A stretch of 63,987 bases of DNA, counting the filler, from Asterionella formosa (taxonomy: Eukaryota): the NCBI GenBank assembly GCA_002256025.1. It is 5 parts of 5 records of this genome, joined end to end, with 100 filler letters (N's around TTAATTAATTAA, not from the genome) between each part and the next. Parts side by side here need not be neighbours in the genome. Positions count along the whole stretch, not along the records: positions 28,523 to 35,882 come from NKIB01006182.1; positions 35,983 to 50,126 come from NKIB01006186.1; 3 more parts are not named here. One strand, 5' to 3'. Positions 31,901 to 43,033 of the stretch are shown one piece after another; positions within the stretch are counted from its first letter, which is position 1; every line of letters starts with the position of its first letter. A program made the translations under genes and the position numbers. The notes beneath the pieces were generated by a model. That model worked only from the letters and a program-made list of their open reading frames with translations. It had not been told where the DNA came from and did not search any database.

Positions 31901-34392
31901 TCATATTCGAAACGCATGGAGCTGTTCACTTGCGTAGCCCTCTACTTCGTCCACGCCCTAGCACATCAGCGCGAGGAGCACTCGGAGGACCTGCTGAAAT
32001 GATGAACACTCGAGGGTATGTTCTCCTTTTGCCAGAGGACTTAACTGGTTCGTTCGCGCGAGTAGTTGGACGAGGAGGGTCTGCTACCTCCAACATTAAG
32101 CGGTACGAAATCGGTAGAGTATATCACAAATCGTTGACAGGAGGTCACCCACGCGAGAGTCTTGAAGCAAGTTTTGATATTGCTCAAGAAGATGCACAGT
32201 GGCACGGCGATCTTATTGAAGCTGAGGCATTGTTAGTGCTTTGCCAAGCCATTGGATCTATCTCGAACCCAAACCAAGAAATTAGATTGCTGACAGCACA
32301 GCCTGTGACATCTCCTGTTTGGTACATTCGGATCACCCACACTCGCTTGTCAGATTCCATCATGGACCTTTGCGGAGTACCTGCCAAAGATAACGTTCGC
32401 CGACTGTGTTTGCAACTATTCACTCGACTTACGGCACCGACGCCCGCTTACGCGGTACCCTTTATTGTCACACCACAACGCAAGCGGTCAAAAAGCGAAA
32501 CGTCATTGGACGCACATGAGGAAGCAGATACCTCCAAATTAGACGACTGCGTGAAATCTCTGGTGGAGAATCATGGTTTGCCAGGATTCGCAGCGCAAAG
32601 ACTTCGAATCTTTGTCCTTGGGGGCTGTTTTCCGTTGCCCTCGCGCCTCAATGAAGCGCTGGATTGCATCCAGAATTCGATTGCGCGGCTACGACTAATG
32701 GACTTGAAAATCAAGTCTGATCCCAAACGGTTGAAGCGTTATGATGATGTGGGACGAGGCGTGACGAGTCTACGGACTCTGGACCAGACCATGAAAGCAC
32801 TTGGGGTTCTTCCGCTCAACGAGGTTGATACAGTTGGCATTGAATCTCAACAACTGAGTCGCCCCTTATACATTTGCCTCGACCTTGGATTGCGTCAACG
32901 GAGGAAGCACTTTCACGGTCAGCTGTTCTTTCAGGCGTTTGTCCTTCAAGACGAAATGCTACAAGGGGAAACCATCAAACGACCAGGACCCGAAGCCGAG
33001 TCGGCATCATTTAACACGGATTTAGGGAGTAAGGTTGCAGAGGGTGGTCGATATGATGAACTCGTCCGTCGAAACCGACCGCCTGGTAATTTTGGTTCTG
33101 CCCTCTTTTCCTTTTACACCAATGCAACTATTCCAAAATGCGTTGGACTACGCATCGCTGTAGGAAAATTGGTGGAACTGGTGTACCTTGACGCCGCCTT
33201 TGCTCTCGCTAGAATTGCCTCGAGGGAGAAATGGAGCCCATCCGATTTTAATCAAAAGTTTGCCAATGATCCCAATGGCATGGACTTTCTTCGCAAGAGT
33301 CTAGGGCATCCATTGACGTATGCCACGTCCGTCCAATGCATGGTTGCGAGTGCTCATGGGCTCGACGCCGAGAGTGCATCCGATCGGTTGGTGGTGGCAT
33401 CGCATTTGTGGAGACACGGTATTTCTGCCGAATACATTGCTCAAAGTGGAGTCATGTTAAGTTTGATGCAACAGAAAACGCGAGGGTTTGATGACGTTGG
33501 TGGTGGTGGCGTAATGGCACATCATGCCTCTGACTGGTCCATGGACGAACTCTGTGGAGTTTGCAGTTTGTTGAAAATTCCTTTTGTAGTGATTGTCCAA
33601 TCTCATTTGCTTCGTGATAAGGGTGCAGTCCGATTGCGGCGCATCGTCTTTGATGCCATTGGAACCACAACTACTGGGAATGAGACGTTTGTGGAACTTG
33701 AGCGGTTGGCAAGCACAATTTCTGCCATGACTCTGGAAGGTAGCACTGGTGTGGGTGTTGGTGTTGACATTATGATTGAGGGTGGTGTCACTAACAATGA
33801 TGGTTCAACCAAGGGTTTATCGTCCACATTGAAAAAGTTGGAGTGCATCTACGTGGACAGTGACCAATACTACGATCAGGGCAAAACAATAAACAAAAGT
33901 GAAGTGCCCAACTGGAAGAACATTCTCAAGGGTCGCAAAGTGTTGCTGCAAAAGAGTGAAACGTTTGTGGATGGCTTCCTCTCTTCTCCCAAGAGCATGG
34001 TGGTAACTCCAGTGTTTGGTATGAATTTACCATTTTGGGTGTTGCGTGATTTTGGTACCTTTGTAATGCGCCGCGGTCGTGGGGGAGAGTGTAGTGCGAG
34101 TGGTGCAGCCATGGAATGCACTGAGCTCCACCCTCAACACAAAAAGACATTAAAGACCCTTGCCATGGCAGTTGATTCCACCATGAAACGGCATGGGTAC
34201 TGGACAGGTGGTGGAACAAAAAAGGAGCTATTGACGATATTTCTGTACAGTCAAAGCGACGACCGATTTGATATGATTTCCTTGAATGACAGCGGTGGTG
34301 GTAGCGGCAGTGGCGAGTATGTCGCCACTGCTGAGCCTCCTCCTTCACGGAAGCAGCAGTTCAAGGGACGTGGCAAGGTGACGTCGGATTGA
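28990..34392 (+). CDS. GCN2: eIF2-alpha kinase GCN2 (RWD + kinase + HisRS-like + C-terminal domain)
   Basis: RWD (EETVLAAMYG, YPYTPP, GNVVMCELV); kinase SRYKTDF, LGRGGGG, YAIKKI, IVRYYQAW, LYIQMEWC, HRDMKPGN, DFG, GTTFYRAPE; HisRS-like KRYEIGRVY, AEGGRYDEL; first ATG at 28990. Confidence 0.92.
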   Translation: MGRFDALQDNDSDDDGYDLDINKSSPAKQEEEEQQQQDYDDLSITRADEETVLAAMYGNDFLPQESTLRLLVRPPHVDHTELTLVVLRSPSYPYTPPTSIQLTQVKGLTETEQGTLQTMLDRCAIECAAEGNVVMCELVQLTEEFLLQHNRDPTVSAWEQMKQREALEQQERLRKLQEQEEQVKQLLIQEQSTNGSLLEHTSHGTTKRNYFKASGGDVERELARQMEALAEVDRLRTRAGNDNLKPKKNNDTTEQDDADALEDSDDDDNDDDRSAIVGSSRYKTDFIELDLLGRGGGGEVVKVRNRLDRRLYAIKKIIMESEQGKFATFGLVQNRKLRREVTTLSRLVHKNIVRYYQAWVEGGETKIDPNEEYESSDCLSEENMEPDEVSEESGAIEGTPNTSDDEATLWWANSPMRQRIPKNSEQISQTLRKSVSEQPSDAISWDDESETSDPYQDVQAASLINLLEQELDNDFQNPHEAYASLFAKKKDSVKTAEASEDMLWDESSVKVNHTLSQNILYIQMEWCSTTLRKVIDESKEKPLDENEIWRLVRQILEGLVYIHSQKIIHRDMKPGNIFIDSEKNVRIGDFGLATRHQEKMDDKHDEEEQSAEVAAIYQAIEDISGLLGGSAQNSVITDRRFAPVEAMTGGVGTTFYRAPEQEGNISSKKGDSSYDELADIFSLGVILFEMFHPPFETYMERAESLTKLRGDNVTQKSKWNESFSVDSRDSTPMPIAAPAKAPPDHGKDFDLLASERFPEDFVSRVPKNAQRMILWCLERDPSKRPSAEMLLSSDLLPRKIEVEQRYLEEALQTLANPQSESYSKILEAMFDCATSDLIEMTFDSDVAAKANNLGTSLETQQGSKRVITPSEAIMKAITDIRAAGTIDIDSLRSVAMSASSLLSATAALRRAKNAGRLGGKGGNGVLKRSTQRVAGILAMNAATAAAINGTADGIHGSDPRVVEAVVERIKIIFETHGAVHLRSPLLRPRPSTSARGALGGPAEMMNTRGYVLLLPEDLTGSFARVVGRGGSATSNIKRYEIGRVYHKSLTGGHPRESLEASFDIAQEDAQWHGDLIEAEALLVLCQAIGSISNPNQEIRLLTAQPVTSPVWYIRITHTRLSDSIMDLCGVPAKDNVRRLCLQLFTRLTAPTPAYAVPFIVTPQRKRSKSETSLDAHEEADTSKLDDCVKSLVENHGLPGFAAQRLRIFVLGGCFPLPSRLNEALDCIQNSIARLRLMDLKIKSDPKRLKRYDDVGRGVTSLRTLDQTMKALGVLPLNEVDTVGIESQQLSRPLYICLDLGLRQRRKHFHGQLFFQAFVLQDEMLQGETIKRPGPEAESASFNTDLGSKVAEGGRYDELVRRNRPPGNFGSALFSFYTNATIPKCVGLRIAVGKLVELVYLDAAFALARIASREKWSPSDFNQKFANDPNGMDFLRKSLGHPLTYATSVQCMVASAHGLDAESASDRLVVASHLWRHGISAEYIAQSGVMLSLMQQKTRGFDDVGGGGVMAHHASDWSMDELCGVCSLLKIPFVVIVQSHLLRDKGAVRLRRIVFDAIGTTTTGNETFVELERLASTISAMTLEGSTGVGVGVDIMIEGGVTNNDGSTKGLSSTLKKLECIYVDSDQYYDQGKTINKSEVPNWKNILKGRKVLLQKSETFVDGFLSSPKSMVVTPVFGMNLPFWVLRDFGTFVMRRGRGGECSASGAAMECTELHPQHKKTLKTLAMAVDSTMKRHGYWTGGGTKKELLTIFLYSQSDDRFDMISLNDSGGGSGSGEYVATAEPPPSRKQQFKGRGKVTSD

Positions 34393-34678
34393 ATGTGTCT
34401 ACTTAGGTTAGTATTGTAAAAGTACATTGCCAAATTTCCAAACGTGGGCCTAGGCAGCACATCCNNNNNNNNNNNNNNNNNNNNNNNNNNNNNNNNNNNN
34501 NNNNNNNNNNNNNNNNNNNNNNNNNNNNNNNNNNNNNNNNNNNNNNNNNNNNNNNNNNNNNNNNNNNNNNNNNNNNNNNNNNNNNNNNNNNNNNNNNNNN
34601 NNNNNNNNNNNNNNNNNNNCAGTACCAGTGGCGAAAGTAGTACCTGTAGAGCTGATTTGAATAAATTTTGTGCTGTGT

Positions 34679-35485
34679 CTATGAAAGAAACTGGCTGATC
34701 CACTTGAACCCGTCCGCATATCCCATTCTTCTAATGACCGAGCACATGTAAAGCTCAATGGGACGCACGCCGCTGTCCTTGTCAGGCTTCGTGTCCTTTC
34801 CGAACGTGTCCGTCAAGCCCAACGCATACTTGAGTTCCTCCTCACTGGCCGCCGTGGGCATATCGATCTTGTTCCCCAACACCAAGAACGGCACATCGCA
34901 TAGCTCGTCACTGGTCAGGAGCGCATCCAACTCCTTCTTCGCTTCGGGGAAGCGTCCGCGATCAATGGCATCCACCAAGTAGACGACGCCGTCCACAGTG
35001 GTGAAGTAGTCCTGCCACAACCGACGCGCTGTTTCGTGTCCGCCCAAATCAAAGGTCTTGAACTTGATGTTCCCGATGATCAATTCGTCCGTGTTGGGGT
35101 GAAGCGTCGGCACGTGCACCTGCACGCGGTTTTCCTTGAGCATGTGAAGGAGTGTCGTCTTGCCAGCATTGTCCAGTCCTAGGAATAGGATCTTGGCGTT
35201 CTTGTGGTAGAGGCCTGATTGGAGAGTGGAGGAGGGGGTGAGTTGGCGCATGGGCGAGAGCGATAGTCGGTAAGGGCGTGCTGGAGACTCCCAAGCTCTC
35301 TCGAAAGCGTTCGTTCCATCGAAATGGCCGCTGCTCAATGCACACGCGACTGACTACCCGTAGGTAGAAAGTACGCTGCAGTTTCCTGCGATGCTTCCAT
35401 GGCCCAGAAGTCCGCAAGCGAACAGCACTGCAATGCACTCACCCAGACTCGCTAGCGCACTGTACCACCAATCAACGAGAAACAT
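34679..35485 (-). CDS. SAR1: Small GTPase SAR1 (COPII); intron 35215-35442
   Basis: Exon 1 [15 protein letters not shown] joined via GTGAGT...CAG to [58 protein letters not shown]. Confidence 0.96.
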
Positions 35486-35882
35486 AATCGTGGAGGTATT
35501 GGATGTATGTATCGGTAATTGATTTATGCAATGCCGTTTGGAAAAAGGACTTTTGTAGACTGCTGTCCCTAGCTACCGGTATGCTATACGTTACGTTTTA
35601 TTGCCCTACAAAATCTGATGGATGTATGAAGAAGCGATGTGGCTGGACGAGCCAAATGACTGCGCACTCCTGCTTGGCTGTCGTGAATATGATAGCGGTA
35701 CGTAGCAGGTACCTACCAGGTAGTACGGTTTTGGTTTGGCCTACTGATTAATATGCCTGACATACAGGGAGGGATGTAGCCAGGCCAGTAGCTAAAATAA
35801 TATCAACATTTGTGCTGGCAGCATACCTGTACAGATATATATTTGATTGTCAGAGCGATATACATATATGCGATACATACCT

Positions 35883-35982
35883 NNNNNNNNNNNNNNNNNN
35901 NNNNNNNNNNNNNNNNNNNNNNNNNNTTAATTAATTAANNNNNNNNNNNNNNNNNNNNNNNNNNNNNNNNNNNNNNNNNNNN
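35883..35982. other. Artificial scaffold linker
   Basis: N-TTAATTAATTAA-N, 100 nt. Confidence 0.95.
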
Positions 35983-36056
35983 CCATCAGCCATGATGATC
36001 ACAAAAAAAAACCAATATCGGTACCGGTAGTCAACAAACTACTCCATCGGCATAGG

Positions 36057-37219
36057 ATGCTCACCATGATGCGCTTGTTTTGTTTGTCAGCCTTGTATGC
36101 GTCTGTCAGTGGTTTCACGGCTCCCCGCAATGCCTTTCTTGGAAACCATGTGACTTCACGGTACGTTCAGAGGCTGGAAAAATTCATTTTCATTGCAAAC
36201 AGAATGTTGGATGATCGTTATTGTCAATGTTGGATGTGAGATCAGATCAGTTGCTTCCCTATTGCTGGTCGTTGCTTTGCTCGACGTAGCAGTGTAGTCA
36301 CGCTTGTAATTTCTTTCACTGACATGCACAAAGTTCCATTAGCCGTTCCCATGCCTCGTCGCGGTCCAATCTCGACATGAAGTACACCCTTGTCCTGGTT
36401 CGACACGGGGAATCTACATGGAATTTGGAGAATCGCTTCACGGGGTGGTACGACTGCCCTCTCTCGGAGACTGGTTTGAGGGAAGCCCACGAAGGCGGAG
36501 TTTTGCTGAGAGATGGGGGTTATACCTTTGATGTCGCTTACACTTCGACACTCAAGCGAGCCATCAAGACCTTGTGGATCGTCCTGGAGGAGATGGATCT
36601 CATGTACATTCCTATTGTAAGTTTCCAAAAATACATTTATTTTTCGATACCAGATTACTAAATTTAGCAATCACCAATGACATTTCAGGTCAACACTTGG
36701 AGATTGAACGAACGTCACTATGGCGCTCTCCAGGGTCTCAACAAGCAGGAGACTGTCGACAAACATGGCAAGGAACAAGTTCTCATTTGGCGCCGATCGT
36801 ATGACATTCCTCCTCCACCTCTTGAACCTGGTTCTATTTACGATCCTACCAATGATCCTCGCTACAAAAATGTCCCAAAGGAAGACTTGCCCACAACAGA
36901 ATCCCTAAAGTTGACCGAAGAGCGCTTCATGGTGGATTGGGAAAACATCTTTGTTCCCGAGATCAAGTCGGGAAAGAAAATTTTGATCGCCGCTCACGGT
37001 AATACTTTGAGAGCCCTTGTCAAGCATTTGGACGGGATTTCGTCTGATGAAATTACAGGTTTGAACATTCCCACTGGTGTCCCACTTGTCTACGAACTCG
37101 ACGAAGATTTGAAGCCAATCCCTCACAAGGACGCAATTGCTCCTTTGCAAGGTCACTACTTGGGTAACCTGGACGACGTTAGGAAGCGAATTGGTGCTGT
37201 CATGGCGCAGACCAAGTGA
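36057..37219 (+). CDS. gpmA: 2,3-bisphosphoglycerate-dependent phosphoglycerate mutase, probably plastid-targeted; introns 36161-36333 and 36617-36688
   Basis: [66 protein letters not shown]; signal peptide ending VSG|FTAP plus Ser/Arg-rich transit region; both introns restore frame. Confidence 0.93.
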
Positions 37220-39043
37220 GTGGGTATGGAAAATAGGGGTGAGCATTAGATTTATACACAATGGATCAAAATTACACCTTTAGAAGCAGTATCAGATAGA
37301 ATTTGAATTGATTCATCAATTTGATCCAATCTCTGGGTACGGTGCCCCAATTCAGTTTTATATAGACTACTACTGTGCTACATCGATCTGTAATTCTTAA
37401 CAAGGAATGGATCCAAATAAATTCAAAGGAGATGAGGAAAGGACAACGATGCCATGATACGTAGGATAGGAGGGTACCTCTGGTACTGTTTGGTTTACCT
37501 GGTAACTGTACGGTACGCTGGATTCCCTGGTACCTGACGGGAGTACAGGCTGCCTGGTAAAGTACTCCGAGTAGTGCACACACACTCTCTCGGTATTAGC
37601 TCCGGAGTCGAGCTAGCTAGAGTCTACCGGGGGTGCTGGTTGGGCGTCTGAAAATAAAACAAGATGATAGATTTACGGTACGTACCGTAGTCTAGATTAC
37701 TAGGTATCATTTTGGTCTGAATTCTGGATGGAAGGATCTCGTCAATTATATGATACACTTAGAAGTTGTACCGGTAGATGCCAAATGCTGGTACGTAACT
37801 CTCTGGCTGCTGGTCAGAAGAATAAACTTCCCATGCTATGCAGCAGCACATTGATGCAGGGTTGTGACAGGTTGCCTTTAATATGCTAACAGATAATGAG
37901 CGAGATGTAAATAAAGTATGGGTTGTGATTCGTAAATTCCTTCATGTACTACGTACTATGGTAGATTTGCATACTAGGGCTGTGAGCATGGACCCAGGAC
38001 TGGCACATATCGGTATGTGCATACATACAAATACTCGAGTTACCGGTGCGTAGTATCATATTTTTAATTGAATTATTGCTGCCTTACTACCGGTAGTTAC
38101 ATATCCTCGAAGACCTTGTATGTATGGATATACCGGTATATCTTGAGTACTTGTACCTGGTACCCTGTAGCCTATGTAGGTGGTGTTTTCATATTTATTC
38201 GTGTACATAAATGTACAAAATAATTTAGGTCGTTGAAAAATGGGACTGGACTATGGAGCCAATCAAATCGAATCGTTTCGTTATTTCGGGTCCGGTAGCT
38301 AAATCCCGATTCAACATGACGATCCAAAGCAACGAAGTTTCAGATCCGCAGCAAGCCAACGCACGCACCACAGCAAGGAGAATATTTATCACTCTCGTCT
38401 TGCTCCACAGAGACACCACTATCCTACCGTGTTACGGTACATACCACCTGGCACTATGAATATGCATACCAGTACCGCTATGTACGCTAACGGTATACCG
38501 ATTCAGCGTAAAAGTACCTGGTACCAGGTACCAGGTACCATAGTCCACCAGATGATTGTTGTTGACATGATTGCTGGTAATATCTTATATTGATAAAATG
38601 GTTGTTACCTGGACATAATATTCAAATGCCTTGGCTGAGCATGGATAACAGTAATTTTTAAAATTTACTGACCACTGCTATAAATATATATATGTAATTT
38701 CTCATGTCTGTATAAAATAAATGAATTGTACGACTGGAATTTGTAAATGCTGCCGCAATTTAGTCGAGGAGACCCTATGATGTACATTCATATTACGTAG
38801 CTAAGTATACGTATGTTGTAGCATCTCAAATGTAGTCAGTCCTGCATGATAGGTGTGAATATAAATACATACGATCTACAGTGAAAGTACGGAGGAGAGT
38901 TGTCAAACTCTTTGTTCAAGAAATTCTCATAATTTTGCATCGAGTGTGTTGAAAGGCATCCTGTTACATTCTTGTGACTTGCCATTGTCTTCCACCATCA
39001 ACAAAGTCTCGGTTTGTGACACGGATCAACAGTGCTTTCAACA

Positions 39044-40939
39044 ATGAAGCTTTTCAACCGAAAGCCCAGAAAAGTCGAGAGTCTGATGCTCACGAACCAC
39101 GACATTTCCTCGATCAACGATGAATCTCTTTTCACCAACGCAGATCGCTCATTTTTCAGTCGCAACTTTCAAGAAAAAGATGACGATATGAGCTTGTGCA
39201 CCAAGCAAACGACTTTATCGCAAGAGTTTTCTAGAATGCGCAGAAAAGATCATTTGGCTGCACCTGTGAACTCGCATCAGGGTATCAACGTATCGAACGA
39301 ACCAGTCTCCCCTTCACGACCGAAACAGCAACAGACTATTTCACAGATTACTCCCCACACGAATAACTTCTCGTCCATACTTTCTAATCCATCCTCATCG
39401 TCATCGAAGTCAACAATGCAACTGTCCGTTTCGGACACTACTTCCCAATCGACCCCCGAAGTGCCAAAGTCTCACGTGAAGCCATGGATTCGGCGCAGAC
39501 GAGATCGACGACAAATAGAGGAAGCCAAAATCCAACTTCACGAGGGATACAGGCCTTCAATATCACTTGAAAAGCGTATGATTCAGATGAGACTTGGGTC
39601 ATCTTCTCGATCAGAAGAACCCAATCTTTTGTGGGAAGAAGAACTTCCAGAGCCGTCAAAATCTACGACTCTCACTATTGACCCTGTTGATTTCTACCAC
39701 GGTGAAGACAACTCATTTCGAATTCACCATTCAATCGATAGTGACGAAAAACCATTATGGGAAAAAGAACTTCCGGCTCCATCATCGGCTGTAACTATTG
39801 ACCCTGTTGATGTCGACCATGGTGACGACAACTCATTCCCAATTAACTATTCTATCGATAGTGATGGCGAAATACCTTTGAATCTTGGAGATCAGGAGGG
39901 ATCACTAACTGATAGTGTTGATGAACGCTTGGGATCGAAACTCATTTTCGAGGACCGCAATCTCATGCGAGCGGGGTCACCAGGGGCCTTGCGATTGACT
40001 CAGTCTGGGATCGAGGTCCACCAACACAAATTATTTCAGGAGCAAGCCAAGAATTCTCTAGAAGAGAATCAATCAAATGGATTTGAAAGCTGGAGGGACC
40101 GTCAACAATATCGTTTATACATGAGAAAGCTAATTGAGGAACGTCATGAAAGATTAACAATGCATGTAAGCCATGGTATGAGGACGGATTCCAACTTTCT
40201 CGATGATACTGACTCCTCTACGAGGATCAGAGTGCCGAAACTCAAGGTGAAGAAAATAAAGACAAGAAAGCCACCACCGACAAAAATGACAACACTGCAA
40301 ATATTAGGACTTGCCAGTTGCTCAGAAAAGAATCAACGAAAGTCAAAGAAAAACAATATCGCTGCGATGTCGTTGGCTCCCATGGATACTTTGGACGACA
40401 AGGACCTGCAGTGTCCATCGCCAAGAAAGAAGAATTTGCCATTTATAACAATAAAAGCTCAAAAAGTAACCAAGGAACTGCTTTTGGCAAAGGAACGACA
40501 AAAGCAAATGGAGGCCGAGCGGGAGATGGATGAGTCTGAGCTACAAGAACTGATTCGAATAGCGCAAATGCGGTCAGCGTATCTCGAGAAGCAACGAGCT
40601 TTGGAAGCGAAGCCTAGGCTCACAAACAAGTTGGATAGCCTGACAGTGCCTCAAAACTCGGTCATTTTGTTGACAAAATCAATGAACTGTATTGAATGTG
40701 CCGATGGATCAACTTCACCTGGCGTGTCAGTAATAGAGAGTGAAGTTTCAACAGTTAGTACTGCCGTGTCGTCGCCGTCATGCGTCATATGTGGTGTAAA
40801 CCGAATGACTCACGGTGCTTTGCCATGTATGCACTATTCCTTTTGCGAAGAGTGTGTGGTCCGAATGGGGAACAACGGTGTTACGGCCTGTCCAATCTGC
40901 AACGAACATGATGCTGCTTTCGTGCGCGTCTTCTTTTAA
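39044..40939 (+). CDS. Low-complexity protein with C-terminal C3HC4 RING finger (putative E3 ligase)
   Basis: CVIC...PCMH...CEEC...CPIC at the C-terminus; coiled-coil segment; internal ~40-aa duplication. Confidence 0.8.
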   Translation: MKLFNRKPRKVESLMLTNHDISSINDESLFTNADRSFFSRNFQEKDDDMSLCTKQTTLSQEFSRMRRKDHLAAPVNSHQGINVSNEPVSPSRPKQQQTISQITPHTNNFSSILSNPSSSSSKSTMQLSVSDTTSQSTPEVPKSHVKPWIRRRRDRRQIEEAKIQLHEGYRPSISLEKRMIQMRLGSSSRSEEPNLLWEEELPEPSKSTTLTIDPVDFYHGEDNSFRIHHSIDSDEKPLWEKELPAPSSAVTIDPVDVDHGDDNSFPINYSIDSDGEIPLNLGDQEGSLTDSVDERLGSKLIFEDRNLMRAGSPGALRLTQSGIEVHQHKLFQEQAKNSLEENQSNGFESWRDRQQYRLYMRKLIEERHERLTMHVSHGMRTDSNFLDDTDSSTRIRVPKLKVKKIKTRKPPPTKMTTLQILGLASCSEKNQRKSKKNNIAAMSLAPMDTLDDKDLQCPSPRKKNLPFITIKAQKVTKELLLAKERQKQMEAEREMDESELQELIRIAQMRSAYLEKQRALEAKPRLTNKLDSLTVPQNSVILLTKSMNCIECADGSTSPGVSVIESEVSTVSTAVSSPSCVICGVNRMTHGALPCMHYSFCEECVVRMGNNGVTACPICNEHDAAFVRVFF

Positions 40940-41154
40940 GAGACAGAGAATAGCAGATGAGCTTGGGTTTAACAAAGTCTGTTGTCCCAATTATAAATAA
41001 GATTTGAATTGAAAAAATTACTATAGAAATGGAAATGCCTCTTTTCCTTCTTAAGTATTGTTATCTCGCACGCACGCAGACTGTCTGATCCGCAAAGTAT
41101 AAAACACAAAAATTCATCGATTCACTACAACGCGATATGGAAGCAAAATAAATT

Positions 41155-42302
41155 TCATATAGAAATAAACTCTTCGGGTCGGCTATCAGCTCCCTCAAGC
41201 CTGCCAGTTGGATTAACAATGTATATGGCAATGACGGTTCTTCCGTATCGACGATTGCGCAAGCCTATGAGTTTTCCTCCATCATGCCTGTCAAACACAT
41301 GTGGAAGGCATCCAAGCTCAACGGGATATTCAATCATAATTATAGTGTCGTCTCCCACAGCTGGACAGTTGGCAACTGCGTCAATTAAATCAGCGTATAC
41401 AATCTCTTCGTAGGGAGGACTCAGCGTAACAACTTGGAACTGGTAATGAACTGGTATGCCGTGTCCGAATGGATCTTTAAGGACTTTGATGGCATCACCA
41501 CATAGTACTCGACCTTGGCCCTCAAAGTTGCACCAGTTCAGGTTACGCTCAATAGCCGAACAACAGTCCTCACTCAAGTCCACAAAAGTACAATGAGAAG
41601 CACCCCTAGACAGCGACTCCAATCCCACGCTGCCAGATCCAGCAAAAATATCCAAATGCTTTGTGTTTTCTGTATCGTAGAGTCCGAAACTTGTAAAGGT
41701 CGAATATACTGCTTCTTTTACCTTTCCCATCATTGGTCGTAGATATACTTCTGGGGAATCAAGACGTAATCCCCTTGCCGAACCACCCAAAATCTTGAGC
41801 ATGCTTGGGTTGTTTAGACCCGCTTGACGAGCCTTTCCTTGCGCGCGTAACTTTGGGTTTGATGATCCACCTTCTTTATTAAGGACCAAGGGAAAATTGT
41901 AAGTCTCCGAGAGTTTTAATTAAGCACTGATTCGCAATCTGTCGACATCCTCACTTACCTCCTTTGACACGTACAGATTTCGGCACGATATGGCCGAGTT
42001 GAGGTCGTTTGGCCTGGACTTTTCGACGCAGATTTGCGGGTTCAACAGGTTCTGGAGAAGCAGGGGCTTTGGCCATGAAACTAAGGTGGTAGTAATGAAT
42101 CAGTTAGTTCAGGTGTCGCATTCGGTGATGTGGACAACACTGACAAACATGGTCGAAACGAACGGGACAGTCTAGAAACGTACAACGGAATATTGCCATT
42201 AGCTTTCCTACATATTCTTGGCGATATGAGGGCGCTGCAGATGGGCAACGTAATCGCTGCCAGAAACAGGAATTGGCGGATAATGTGACTGCAGTTCACC
42301 AT
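41155..42302 (-). CDS. rsmD: RsmD-like (16S rRNA m2G966-type) methyltransferase, organelle-targeted; introns ~42081-42183 and ~41871-41958
   Basis: LKILGGSARG, LRPMMGKVKEAVYS, HLDIFAGSGSVGLESLSRGA, SPPY, IEYP, RRYGRT; N-terminal signal FLFLAAITLPICSA|L; two GT-AG introns restore frame. Confidence 0.87.
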
Positions 42303-43033
42303 TTTATGTGGTGAACGAATTGATTTGTTGATGTGGTGTGTGTTATACATAATATTCGTACGGCTCGATCACAAATATCGGTCGTACTGGTAAGAATTAT
42401 AAATGAGTGGCAATAGTAAAAAGCAATGGTGCTGATGGTCAATTAAAATACCTCCGTACCTGGTTCGCAAGTCCTCCGATCAAGCTTTTTACAACAGCCC
42501 ACCACAGCCATTTGGTAGAACCGGGGTAGCTTTCAGAGATGGTGGGGAGTGAAACCTGGTAAACCACCATCCTAACGTCCTAGTAGTTCAATCATGTGGC
42601 TGTAAGATGAGAATATTATTTATTAAAGGACAAACCAGGCACCCAGACATTTATGATGCCCCAGAAGTAATAAGTGACGTTCGTGCTTCTGCGTCGTCGG
42701 TTCGACCTCGTGCGTCGTCAACTAGAGGAGTCTACATGCACACAGGTATGTAGTATGGTTTCCCTGCCTAAGACGCTAGCACCGCCCAGGTACTCCTGAG
42801 TAGCTGGTTATCTCAATTCCTAGCATTTTATGTAAGCATGCGATGTGATTACCGGTACCAGGGTACTAGTAGACGACGATGCAACGAATCTCTGTGTCAA
42901 ATCTTTCCTGGCTCTTTTGTGTAGTACGTGTTCGTATCCTGTCGTCTCTAGAATTTCAATTGCACAAGGCATAAAACGAGCAAACTATTGAAAGTAACCG
43001 TCCTCATAATCCGGAAAGAGAATTGTGTTAACG

